Below, in pieces: positions 1 to 10,822 of a stretch of 64,000 bases of DNA. The stretch's first letter is position 1. Every line of letters starts with the position of its first letter. This DNA is from Octopus sinensis. Lineage: Eukaryota. Below the pieces are notes generated by a model that was given only the letters and a program-made list of their open reading frames with translations, was not told where the DNA came from and searched no databases. Made by a program: the position numbers and the translations under genes. The stretch covers positions 74,834,001-74,898,000 of the forward strand of contig NC_043005.1 of assembly GCF_006345805.1 (NCBI RefSeq), written 5' to 3'.

Positions 1-810
1 ACCTATATGGGCAAAAGAACTGCGAAACTACATGTGGAAGACATACCAAGAGGATATGATATAATGTGGGTAGCAGCGGCGGTTCTGCACGACGTAGAGC
101 AGAAAGTCTCAATTCTGCAGATGAAAAGGAAAGAGGAGGTAAACTGGAAGGGACAAGCGCTCGAACTCCTCGTTCAAGCAGAAAATAATGTGCTAGAAAA
201 CTTACCCGATAGGGTATTTATTGAGGAGGGAATTACAATGAGAGTGTCAGTGGAGGGGCGCAGACCTAGGTGTTTCAAATGTGGTGAAAAGGGTCACGTC
301 CGCTCGAACTGCATAAAAAAAAAAGTAAAACAGCGAAGCCCCTCCTCAAAGTGCTTCAAACACAGAAAAAGAAAAGGCGGAAAAAGACCCCAAGACTGCG
401 ACAAGGAAGGGAATCGAAACGGAAGATAAAAATGAACAAATGGAATTTACACAGGTGACACACAAACGAAAAAAAGAAAATACCCTGGACTCCCCTCCCC
501 AAACAAAGAAAAAATCAGCAAACACCGCAGAGATACATACAAAACAAATTCCCCAGCCCTACCCCCACGGCACTGTATTCATTGGAACACAGTTCGCCAA
601 GCCCCTCCCCGTAAAACAAGATTGGAAAAAAATTGATTAAAAAAAATGAAAAGATTGTAGCATTCGACGAGAGGAACGATAGAGTGTTTAAATATTTTAA
701 ATTTTCAAAACTGAAATTATTCAGTAAGTCTGCAGACACTAAGTCGACCACTCGTTTTGCAAAAATAAAGGAAGACGAGTGGAAGGAAAAAACACTCCAA
801 GAACATTTTT
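1..810 (+). pseudogene. LINE ORF1 (gag-like, zinc knuckle), frameshifted
   Basis: RPRCFKCGEKGHVRSNC (CX2CX4HX4C) in ORF 7..429; Lys-rich continuation in ORF 440..640 and an open frame to a TAA near 810. Confidence 0.8.
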
Positions 811-1013
811 AAAATAACCTTATCAGAGACGTAACTAACGAAATACTGGAGGGCAAACTTACTATAACCCCGGCAACCACACCTACCCAGAGCCCGATGG
901 CAACGCCGGTTAAGAGCCCTGCAGCTACGACCACAACGGAAGGGGAAGCATGCAGATTTAAACTGTCATGCTCCTTGTCCCAACCGTAAATTTTTTTTTC
1001 TCTCTCTCCGACA

Positions 1014-1721
1014 ATGGCAAAGATGGGTTGTGTGAATGTGCGTGGAATGGGGTCGAAATGGAAACAAATTTGTCTCCTGAACGACCTCACGACACACGGA
1101 GTGGACGTAGCTATTGTAACCGAGTCCAAGATAAACGGGGCCCAAGCATTCTCGCCTCTTCTAAATGGTTTCGAGAAATTTATTTCTCCTAGCCGAGGAG
1201 GAGGAAGGGACGTGGCAGTCCTTATCAGGAAGAGCTTAGACTTGCAGGTAAGTACTGTCTTTCTGGACCCAGAAGACAGGCTGGTCGTTCTGGATGTGAC
1301 CCACGTAAGTAAACAGTCCTTCAGGTTGGTAGCTGTCTACGCTCCGAATCTGGAGCACTTTTTAGCGACGTCGAAAACGGTAGTCTTAGTAGGGGACTTT
1401 AACACTGTCCTCGAAGCGCGGGTCGACAGTGTTGGCTCAACCAATAGGAAGGGGAACCCTAGCCTCAAGGGTCTACTAGAGAGCTTTAATCTAGTAGACC
1501 TTTATCGACTGGATGAGCCGAGCGTTCCACAGTGGACGTGGAGTAACAACGACGGCTCACGCAGATCGTATATAGATAGGATATTCGTTAGGAAAAGAGA
1601 TAAGGATACGTTTAGTTGTCCACAGTTTCACATTGTGCCTTACACGGATCACAAATTTGTGACTTGTAGGGTGCAATTAGATAAGTGCCATAGACAGGGA
1701 CCCGGGTACTGTCTATTTTGA
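1014..1721 (+). pseudogene. LINE ORF2 apurinic-type endonuclease domain
   Basis: Motifs NVRG, VTES, AVYAPN, LVGDFN, SYIDRIFV, TDHK. Confidence 0.9.
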
Positions 1722-4370
1722 ATTGTGAAGACTTCCGTACGCAGATTAAGGTGTTAGTACAGAGGGCATTATGTGGCACCATCATTAACAATAGATGGTG
1801 GCACTCCCTCAAAAGAGCCATTCGTTCAGAGTCCATTAGATTTAGCAATCAGCTAAGGTTAGATAGGTCTAGGATAGAGGACGATTTAGTTAAGAATCTA
1901 AACGAGGCAATGGAATCTGGCTCTGCATCCGGAGTGATGGCGGCAAGGACGGTATTGTACCGTCACCTTAACTCCAAACACGAAGGTTGCAGAGTTAGAG
2001 CTAAGCTACGCGCAGGGAAACGAGAAGGTATTAACGTTGCCAGATGGGCCCGTCGAGTGGAGAGTCAGAGAGGTAACAAAGCTTCAATCAAGTCTTTAAC
2101 TGACGAACAGGGACACAAGATCTATGGACAGGAGGAGATGAAAAGTTTCTTCACCAGCATTTCGCCCGCGCGTTCGGGGGAGGGGTCGCTGGAGCGGGGG
2201 AGGACCTTAAAGGACTTCCTAGCCGGCGGACCGCGGCTCTCGTGGCGTGAGGTGGAGTGCTGTGAAGGAGCGATCACTCTCGCGGAGATAGAGAGGGTAC
2301 TGGCCGGATGCGCCGGGGTTGGATGGTCTGCCCTACGAGTTTTATCAAAGTATGCCGGACTTGTTCGGGGGAATACTGGCAGGCGTCTACGCGAACTGGC
2401 AGCAGAACGGGAGAATTCCCAGTTCTGTAAGCCGAGGAGTGGTGACGCTAATCCAGAAAGACCCGAGCAAGGGTGATAACATTAGTAATTACAGGCCCAT
2501 AACTCTACTTAATGTAGAGTTAAAGATTTTGGCCAAGGTGTTGGCAAAAAGGTTGACGACTGTCGTGGAGAAACTTGTAGGGAAAGCACAGACATGTGCA
2601 ATTCCAGGCAGGTCGATCCAGGACAATCTTCACCTTATACGCTAGGGTGGGTAAATTAACCGGCAAGGGCGGGGTAATGGTCCATTTAGACCAAAGTAAA
2701 GCGTTCGATAGGGTAGACCATAAGTACCTGGCGACGGTCCTCGAAGCGGCTGGACTGGGCCCTGAATTTCGCGGGTGGATCTCCGCTATGTATAGCGGCA
2801 TCAAGTCCACCGTCCAGATAAACGGTTACCGAACGGAACCGTTTTCGATCGAATGTTCAGTTCGTCAAGGGTGCCCCTTGTCACCACTTTTGTACGTGTT
2901 GGCTCTCGAGCCATTGCTGCGAAAGTTGGAGAGGCTGGGAAGTAACCCGGATGAGATCGGAGGCGGGAGGACGGTTTCTGCTTATGCGGATGACGTCACC
3001 CTCATCGTGTCCAATGAGGCTCAGCTACCTTGGGTAGAAGATGCTATCAGAGGATACGAGGCGGTAGCAGGAGCAAAAGTTAACAAGGACAAGTCGGTTG
3101 GCTCACGCCTCGGCACTTGGAGGAGCAAGTCGATATCGTCCAGTGCCGTGGGACACTGGACAGATGGTCCTGTTAAGTTGCTAGGAGTTTGGTTTGGGCC
3201 AGACTCCCAAACGGAGAGGAATTGGAGTGAGGTGACGGACAAGGTGGAGGCCATAGTACGGACCTGGCCCGGAAGGTTTCTGTCCTTGAAAGGAAGGGCG
3301 GAGGTGGTACAGATGTTCATTGCATCTGTAATCACTTACCGCCTGACCGTTGTCCCTTGCCCCGATTCATGGCTTAGCAAGTTGGAGCGAATCCTTTTCC
3401 GCTTTTTGTGGAAGGGATGAAAGCCACTTGTGAGGCGCTCCGTTTGCTGCCAGGAACCGTTAAAGGGTGGGTTAGGAATGCCTTGGTTGATGATGCGCAG
3501 ACATGCGTTGAGGCTGAAGTATCTCTAGCACCACCTGGAGGGTGATAAGGTGTGGAGTCCGCTGGCAGGGGAATTTTTCCCGAGACCGGCTTCCTTAGTG
3601 AATTTTAAATCCGGTTGCATCAAAAGACGGAATCTGACTTTATGGCAAAAGGAGTGCCGACAGGCACTCACACTGAACCACAAGGCGGGCAAGGCCGGCT
3701 GCGGAAATACCACCTCGGTATTTTATAGCAGGCTGGTAGAGGCAAAGAACGACGACGTCCTAGGAGGGGCTCTGGGGTTCGACGAAGACCAGCTTACCAA
3801 CCTGTTTAAAAAGACTTTCAGGACGGGGTATTTGGATAATTTCCAAAGATCCCTGGCCTTGCAGTGTTATAGGAATGCTTTACCTGTTCGCGAGAAGTTA
3901 TCGCGGCACGGAATTTTAGTGCCACCGACATGTCCAAGATGCGGGTTGGACGATGAAACCGTCCAGCACGCTTTTGTACACTGTCGGCAGTTGTCAGACT
4001 TGATAAGTTACGCAGAACACGTGTTATCGCATCTGGGACGAGTACAGCTGTCGGCTGAGTCTATAATTAAGATGATACCGCCAACTGAACTCTCGAAGGA
4101 AGGTGAGGCATGTTTTCACTGCACGGTTGCAGTAGTAAAAGAATGCATGTGGCGTACAAGAATGGAAGGAGTCGCAATAGGATCCTTTGTCTCAGGCCCC
4201 GGCTTGCTCACTTCAGATATCATCTGAAGAGCAAAATGGGGCTGGAAAAGAAGACCTTACACGATGTGTGTATGAAAAAAGATGGAAGGAAGTGGCGAAA
4301 AAGGTGGGTGTCAGAAACCCAGTTTAACTATGGATGGAGAAGAGGAAAGGAAAGCTGCGGGGCCTTATAG
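1718..4370 (+). pseudogene. LINE ORF2 reverse transcriptase and C-terminal zinc finger, multiple frameshifts
   Basis: NYRPITLLNVELKILAKVLAKRL, LDQSKAFDRVDH, SVRQGCPLSPLL, SAYADD and CPRCGLDDETVQHAFVHC distributed over several frames. Confidence 0.92.
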
Positions 4371-4597
4371 GTTGCCGGGGTTTAAAATATATCGGTAAGA
4401 TTTCAATCTAATGTAATGTTATATTAGTCAATGCAAAGGACAATTTAAATACAGTTTTTTGTACAATGAATAATCCATATATTTTGGAAATTTTTAAACG
4501 AACCACTTAACTGTTTTTTGTATGTATGTCCTGTATTGTTCTTCTATGTACTGCTTTTATAATCATAATAAAGAATTAATCGAAAACCGGTGATTGT

Positions 4598-4642
4598 CGT
4601 ACGCTGATGACAGGTCAATACCTAGAAACTGCAGTCCGTGCG
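4598..4642 (+). ncRNA. Type I hammerhead ribozyme motif (minimal, palindromic stem III)
   Basis: Stem I CGTACG/CGTGCG; core CTGATGA 4604-4610; stem II AGGT-caat-ACCT; GAAA 4625-4628; palindrome ACTGCAGT 4628-4635; predicted GUC cleavage after 4636; C4611/A4624 mismatch at the base of stem II. Confidence 0.75.
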
Positions 4643-4945
4643 TATCATTTAGGTCGAATAGGGAAGGATGACCTCCCTTTGCAAATAACCAACTGGAGGC
4701 GATGCTCCCCTGGGGCTACAAGCTACAGTAACACCCACCCTTAATGGTTAGCCATATTGAGATGGCAAATATACCTCACATTGATTTCAATTCAGTTTTA
4801 GCAGAAAGATTTGGAAGAATTAGAATAAAGCTCTCCGGTAATTTCCTTTCATGTAAATAAATGCTAATGTTCCTTTAAGAATTTGCCAGCAAAATCTTAT
4901 AAAATAACAATGCTTTTATATGTTATATATGAAAATAAAGATCAC
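4643..4945 (+). repeat. Body of the hammerhead-associated repeat family (other copies at 32.2-32.75 kb, 49.0 kb, 55.1 kb)
   Basis: Aligns by eye with the reverse complement of 32170-32750 (CCARCTGGA..CGA.G.T.CCTGGGGCTA..ACAGTAACA..CCCACCC..GCCA.ATT..TGGCAAATA) and with 49005-49180. Confidence 0.7.
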
Positions 4946-5053
4946 ACTGACGTCTGTAAATTTGTCGACACAGTAATACAATACTCAAATACGAAAGCTT
5001 CTTCATAACTGTCCCTCTATTTTTTCCGAATCCTCGAATCAAATTTACTAGTC

Positions 5054-5116
5054 AATACATATATACATACATACATACATACATACATACATACATACAT
5101 ACATACATACATACAT

Positions 5117-5149
<33 letters not shown>

Positions 5150-5349
5150 ATTATGTATGTATTTATGCGTGTATGTACGTACGTACACAACTTCTTTCAG
5201 TTTCCGTCTACCAAATCCACTCACAAGGCTTCTTTTTCGGCCCAAAACAATAGTAGAAGACACTTGTCCAAGGTCCCATGCAGTGGGACTGAACTCGGAA
5301 TCATGTAGTTGGGAAGTAAACTTCTTACCACACAGTCACACTTGCGCCT
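5054..5349 (-). mobile_element. 5' half of tRNA-derived SINE family B next to a (TACA)n(GACA)n microsatellite
   Basis: Reverse complement matches the GGCGCAGGAGTGGCTGTGTGGTAAG head and CCTTGGGCAAGTGTCTTCTACTAT body of full copies. Confidence 0.8.
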
Positions 5350-5804
5350 ATATTTTAAAACGGACACCATAAAACCAAAAACTCCAGAAATCCGCGCCAC
5401 ATCTGGTCCCAATACTGCAAGGTATTTGGTCCGGTACAGTAATTTAGACAAGATAAGAACGACAATTCTGTGACCGGTTTTACGAAGTATTTTCTTCCAC
5501 GACAGATGAAAGTGTATCCGTCATATAATTCATTGAATAATAACACCTGAGCTTAACTCCTCTTTTATACGGTCTCAGGATTGTCTGATAGCCTCATTTG
5601 AAATGATAATAACCAGGCGCGTATGGAAGTGGGGAGTGAATCAACCAATTCTGAATGAGAGAAAGAGGATCTATAGTACTTGACTTGAAATTCTTTTTAT
5701 CGAAAAAGCAAAGTTGACCTCGATGGAATTTGAACCCGGAACGAGATATATGGACTGCCTTATACACAATAGGATATAATTGTCAAAAAAAAAGCAAAAA
5801 CAAA

Positions 5805-6150
5805 AACAAAATGAAAAAAAAGGCTTCGGAAAGGCGATGCATACTCTGTGCGAACACAAGGATAAAATAGAATTCAATTTAATAATCTCAGACGAATTCC
5901 TATTTCAACAAAATGGCATCAAGAATTATTTCCCCTGCTTATCGTTTATGCATATGTAATAAAGAAAAAAAAAACATTTTGATTCACCAAACCAAAATTT
6001 AATGAGTTCGAGCCAATCACCCAAAGAATATTTCTGCCAAATTTGGTGAAAATCCGTTCAGCCGTTTTCCAGTTATTTTGCAAACACACAGACGAACAGA
6101 CGAAGACTAGCGACTACAATACCCTGCTTTCGTTTACGCTCCCAGAGTAA
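5805..6150 (+). mobile_element. HINE-like (Helentron-associated) non-autonomous element
   Basis: AATTTGGTGAAAATCCGTTCAGCCGTTTT followed by an ACAGACG microsatellite; short subterminal inverted motifs TACTCTG / TACCCTG...CAGAGTA. Confidence 0.5.
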
Positions 6151-6225
6151 CATGAAAAGCAATATTTGCAGTGTTTCAGCAGTACATCCGGAAAATTTCT
6201 AAAAATGATGAAATATAAAAAACTG

Positions 6226-6547
6226 ATACTCCGTCGGTTACGACGGCGAGTGTTCCGTTTGGTCCAATTAACTGAACATTTTGCTCGTGAAATCAACGTG
6301 TAAGTGGCTGAGCACTTCACAAGATACGCATATCCATAGTGCAGTTCTCTGGAAGGTTCAACATGATACAGAATGTGACAAGGCTGGCTCCTTTAATTAC
6401 AAGTTCAACTATTTTTTGCCAGCTGAGTGAACTGAAGCAACATAAAATAAAGTGTCTCGCTCAAGGACACAATGCGCCGCTAGGAATCGAATTCACAACC
6501 TTACGATTGCAAGCCGAATACCCTAACAACTAAGCCACGCGCCTACT
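6226..6547 (-). mobile_element. Chimeric SINE: family D head/body with family C tail
   Basis: Head GGCGCGTGGCTTAG and body CACTCAGCTGGCAAAA as at 18436; tail GTGCTCAGCCACTTACACGTT...GTCGTAACCGACGGAGT as at 35448. Confidence 0.75.
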
Positions 6548-6552
6548 CTTTA

Positions 6553-6927
6553 TCTCTCTCTATATAACGGCAGTTTGTCTGTGCGTGTTCTGTGTGTTGT
6601 TTTCTCGTACCCTCACCCTGACCACGGCTTTCACCGATTCTGATGAACTTGACACACACATAGCCCATGTCATAATTCAAAACTAACGCAGCGAAAATTT
6701 TGAAAAGTTCCCCCAGTTCTGAAAAAATCGATACATTCGACATGGGGTCGAGAATAAAAAAACAAACCACAGACTGTCTAGGGACGCAACTCAACCTTTT
6801 ATTACTCTCAAAAAAAAAATTTACCATCATTTTTTCCATTTTTTGGCTATTTTTGGCTATAACTCTCTAAAAATGCTTTATAGTTATTTCCCTTACAAAC
6901 CTGAGCAACGCCGGGCGATACTGCTAG
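6553..6927 (+). mobile_element. Non-autonomous Helitron
   Basis: A^TC 5' end, 3' hairpin CCTGAGCAACGCCGGG then CTAG^T; inserted between A and T with no TSD. Confidence 0.8.
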
Positions 6928-6949
6928 TAAGGAATAAATTCAGAATATT

Positions 6950-7116
6950 CTTTTCTACTCTAGGCACAAGGCCCGAAATTTTGGGGGAGAAGGCCAGTCG
7001 ATTGGATCGACTCCAGTACGCAACTGGTACTAAATTTATCGACCCTGAAAGGATGAAAGGCAAAGTCGACCTCGGCGGAATTTGAACTCAGAAATAAAAG
7101 ACAGACGAAATACCGC
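6950..7116 (-). mobile_element. 5'-truncated SINE family A (tail type A2) with 15-bp TSD
   Basis: TAAATTCAGAATATT at 6935-6949 and 7117-7131; core GAGTTCAAATTCCGCCGAGGTCGACTTTGCC on the minus strand. Confidence 0.9.
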
Positions 7117-7344
7117 TAAATTCAGAATATTGCGTCAATTTTAATGTTTATAACACACAAGCGCACTCATATTCATTTTCCCTATATTCTATTTTCATTC
7201 CTGTATTCGTTAAGGTTATCTCCGTAAATTATCAAACTATGTAATTATTTTGTTCACAGATCTACGCTTTTTAAAATACTATTTTATTTATATTTATGTT
7301 TTCTACGATGAATCATCGTAAATTTGAAGATTATACTCATTGTT

Positions 7345-7756
7345 TAGCTATATTTATAATAGTTTCAAGATTTGGTACTAGGCTGGTAATTGTGTGGGAG
7401 GGTGCAGGTCGATTACATCGACCCCAGTGCTCAATTGGTACTTATTTTTATCGAGCCAGAAAAGAAAAAAGGTAAAGTCGACTTCGGCAGTGTATGAACT
7501 TGGAACGTAAAGCCGGAAGCAATACCTATTTCTTTACTACCCACAAGGGGACAAACACAGAGAGGACAAACAAGGACAGACAAACGGATTAAGTCGATAA
7601 TATCGACCCCAGTGCGTAACTGGTACTTGATTTATCGACCCCAAAAGGATGAAAGGCAAAGTCAACCTCGGCAGAATTTGAACTCAGAATACAACGACAG
7701 ACGAAATATGGTTACGTATTTCGCCCGGCGTGCTAACGTTTCTGCCAGCTCGCCGC
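7345..7756 (-). mobile_element. Composite SINE A: young A1 copy (7524-7756) running into a headless, diverged A2 copy
   Basis: A1 tail ...GTAGTAAAGAAATAGGTATT continues directly into a degenerate core TATTGCTTCCGGCTTTACGTTCC. Confidence 0.8.
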
Positions 7757-7759
7757 TTG

Positions 7760-7975
7760 GTAACTGTTTTTTCACTTGTTTCAGTCATTTGCTGGGGTAC
7801 CGCCTTTTAGGGTTTTAGTCGAACAAATCGACTCCAGGACTTTTTTTGTTAAAGCCAAGTACTTATTCTATTGGTCTCGTTGCCAAAACCGCTAAGTTAC
7901 AGGGATACAAGCACACCAACTCCGGTTGTCAAGCGGTGGTAGGGGACAAACACAGACACAAAGACACACACACAT
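7760..7975 (-). mobile_element. 3' half of SINE family B
   Basis: Matches CCGCTTGACAACCG...CTTAGCGGTT...GGGGTCGATTTG tail of full copies. Confidence 0.75.
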
Positions 7976-7977
7976 AT

Positions 7978-9750
7978 CTCAGCTTGTTCAAATGGACTAA
8001 GGGATTGGCTAAATAAGAGTAAGAGAGCAATGCCGTTTGCAATACCTATGATATGGAGAGAGCCAAAGGATCATTTCATGGACTGTTATTTCTTCAACGT
8101 TAATGTATGTGGGTTTTCTGTAAAGATCAAGCATAAGATTTGGAATAAGCAAAAAGACCTGTACCCCACAAGGATGCTGATCTTCCTATTCCAATACAAC
8201 CAGAAAATGGCCTTCAGATGTCTGACGAAGATGTATTTCCCGAAGAAAATACTACTGCTGTGGAAGACACCGAAGTGGATGCAGATTTCCTGATTGAAAA
8301 TGAAGATGTACCACAGAAATGTTCTCAAGGAGAGTTAAATGATTTAATTAGAGAGTTGTCATTGTCGAAGGATAAAGCTGAACTATTCTCGCCTACAAGA
8401 AAAGGGTCTGCTTAAGAAGGATGTTTGTATTACTCATTTCAGGAAGACAAATAGGGATCTGACTTCATGCTTCTCTGTTGATGGACCACCTTGTTTCAGT
8501 AATAACACTGATGAGTTATTTCGCTGTTTGTTCCAAGAGCATGTCCCAGTTGAATGGCGCTTATTCATTGATTCATCTAAGAGAAGCCTCAAGGCAGTAC
8601 TACTACACAATAGCAATAAGAAACCATCCATTCCCTTAGAACATTCAGTGCACATGAAAGAGTGTTATGAAAACATGCAAGTACTCCTCAATGCCATAAA
8701 GTATACAAACTACAGCTGGAAAATATGTGGAGACTTGAAGGTGATTGGAATGTTGATAGGAATGCAATCTGGGTTCACGAAATATTGTTGCTTTTTATGC
8801 CTATGGGACAGTCGTACAACTAACAAGCACTATGTGCAATCAGAGTGGCCCTTGCGAAAATCATATGAGCCGGGAGTTTCTAGCGTCCAGAGTAAGCTAC
8901 TTTTAAACCGAGAAAATGTTCTTCTCCCTCCTCTTCACATAAAGCTTGGCCTCATGAAACAATTTGTGGAGACATTTTCTAGGAAAAGCTCAAAAGGTTT
9001 TGAATATGTGAAGGCCAAATTTCCAAAAATCACCGAGGCAAAACTGAAGGAGGACGTATTCATAGGTCCGCAGATAAAAGAACTGAAGGACAACCACTTC
9101 ATCACAGCACTGGATGAGATTGAGCTTAAAGCCTGGGAATCCTTCAAATGACTCTGTGAAAATTTCCTAGTCAACAAGAGATCTCTAGAGTTTAGAAATG
9201 GAGTGAAATGTCTTCTAGACTCCTACGCTGCAACGGGCTGTCGGATGTCACTAAAAGTCCATTTCCTTGATTCATATCTGAACTTTTTTGCAGAGAACCT
9301 TGGAGCAGTGTCTGATGAGCAAGGGGAATGCTTTCATCAAGACATTGCATCAATGGAACAACAATATCAAGGATTTTGAAATGCAGGAATGTTAGCTGGC
9401 TACTGTTGGATGGTATACAGGGATGAACCTGAGACAAAACACCATAGAAAGTCCAAATCCCAAAGATTTTAAGTTGTTATGCATTTGAGTGTATTCTAGC
9501 TTATTTGTACACAATAATTTTAATTTTGTACAATAAAAAGCCATGAAATTATCGTATCTTGTATTCAATATACTTTATATAGACATTCTTTACGTATCAT
9601 ATAAGTTAAAACAGCAGGCATCATTTACATGAAAATGTGACCTGATAGAGGAAATCGGACTTCAGATTCGTAATCAGCATCAAACTTTAACCCAGAAAAG
9701 TCAACCAGCAACTCTGGTGATTAAAAAAAGTTTCATTTTGTTGACCAGTG
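7978..9750 (+). mobile_element. Chapaev3-type (CMC) DNA transposon relic, left end missing
   Basis: Transposase remnant plus right terminus ...TTGACCAGTG (CACTG on the other strand) followed by TAA, consistent with a 3-bp TWA target. Confidence 0.75.
8030..9472 (+). pseudogene. Chapaev3-like transposase with frameshifts and in-frame stops
   Basis: MPFAIPMIWREPKDH..DCYF, WRLFIDSSKRSLKAVLLHN, ICGDLKVI, LPPLHIKLGLMKQFV, NLGAVSDEQGECFHQD; in-frame TGA at 9149 and 9377; TAA at 9470-9472. Confidence 0.85.
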
Positions 9751-9883
9751 TAATTATTACGTCGAGTTCTTAGTATAAAAATTTGAAAATGTACAAAATA
9801 TGATCTTTAACTTCGAATAAGTAAATTCATTATAACACTCTTCATACCAAAGTATATAATTTCACACTGCATGCAAATTACAA

Positions 9884-10101
9884 TGATAATCTTTTCTACT
9901 CTAGGTACAAGATCCGAAATTTTGGGGGAGGGGGCCAGAAGATTAGATCGACTCCAGCACGCAACTGGTATATATTTATCAACCCTGAAAGGATAAAAGG
10001 CAAAGTCGACCTCGGCGGAATTTGAACTCAGAACGTAGCGGCAGACGAAATACCGCAAAGCATTTCGCCCGGGGGTGCTAACGTTTCTGCCAGCTCGCCG
10101 C
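9884..10101 (-). mobile_element. SINE family A, tail type A2
   Basis: Head GGCGGCGAGCTGGCAGAAACG, B-box-like GAGTTCAAATTCC, tail CCCTCCCCCAAAATTTCGG..CTAGAGTAGAAAAG. Confidence 0.9.
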
Positions 10102-10252
10102 CTTTCATAGATTGAATTATTGCGTAAAGATGACATTAGTATTTGTACACAATTATTTTATTAAAATTAATTATACGATAATTTAACTTGATTAATGTTT
10201 AACTTAATAGAATTTCGATGAACTAAACAAATTTCTTGTGATAAAAGGATGC

Positions 10253-10663
10253 GGATCTTTTCGGTTAGAACGGCAGTTTTTAAAAATAACTTCCACGTAA
10301 CTAAACACTTTTAAACTTCGTATACTGGTAGAATGTGTTTATAAAACATCTTTTTCTCTTGGCTTTATTGAGAAAATTCTATAGTTTGTAAGATATTTGT
10401 TGTTTTTTTCTTCTTCAATTTCTGCAATTTCAACCAATCAGTGACGTCTATTGAGGTGAAAACATTCTGTGCCGTATGAATATGTCCCTCGTTTAAGAAA
10501 CAGATTGGGTTTATTTACATTTCTGAAGAAAAAGATACCCTTCCACCCACCCATAACCCTAAAACAGATTGAAATGCAATAGATCGATACTACGGTCATA
10601 ATTATGGGTGACAATTTCATATGACACCGCTAGAAAAAACTGCCGTTCAAACCGAAAAGATCC
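10253..10663 (+). mobile_element. Merlin-type MITE
   Basis: ~30-bp TIR GGATCTTTTCGGTT.GAACGGCAGTTTTT; perfect 8-bp TSD AAGGATGC (10245-10252, 10664-10671). Confidence 0.85.
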
Positions 10664-10822
10664 AAGGATGCTACAGAATGTACAACATATAATGAATCCA
10701 GTATTGTTGAGCAGCAATGCTAGTCTCATACTTTTTAAGGTTTATTATGACATTCTGTAACTCTTTTGAGCGTGCGTGTTTTTCAATTCTAGTTTCGTAC
10801 TTTTTAAAGGCAACGCTTGTAA

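Larger units (their letters stand above)
1..4575 (+). mobile_element. L1/Tx1-clade non-LTR retrotransposon, degraded, 5' end outside window
   Basis: ORF1 with CCHC knuckle followed by APE endonuclease, RT and C-terminal zinc finger, broken by frameshifts; AATAAA at 4568-4573 with no poly(A) tail. Confidence 0.9.

Noticed and set aside
1-4370. An active, intact LINE
   Set aside because: Several frameshifts and stops across ORF1 and ORF2; some could be sequencing indels, but activity cannot be claimed.
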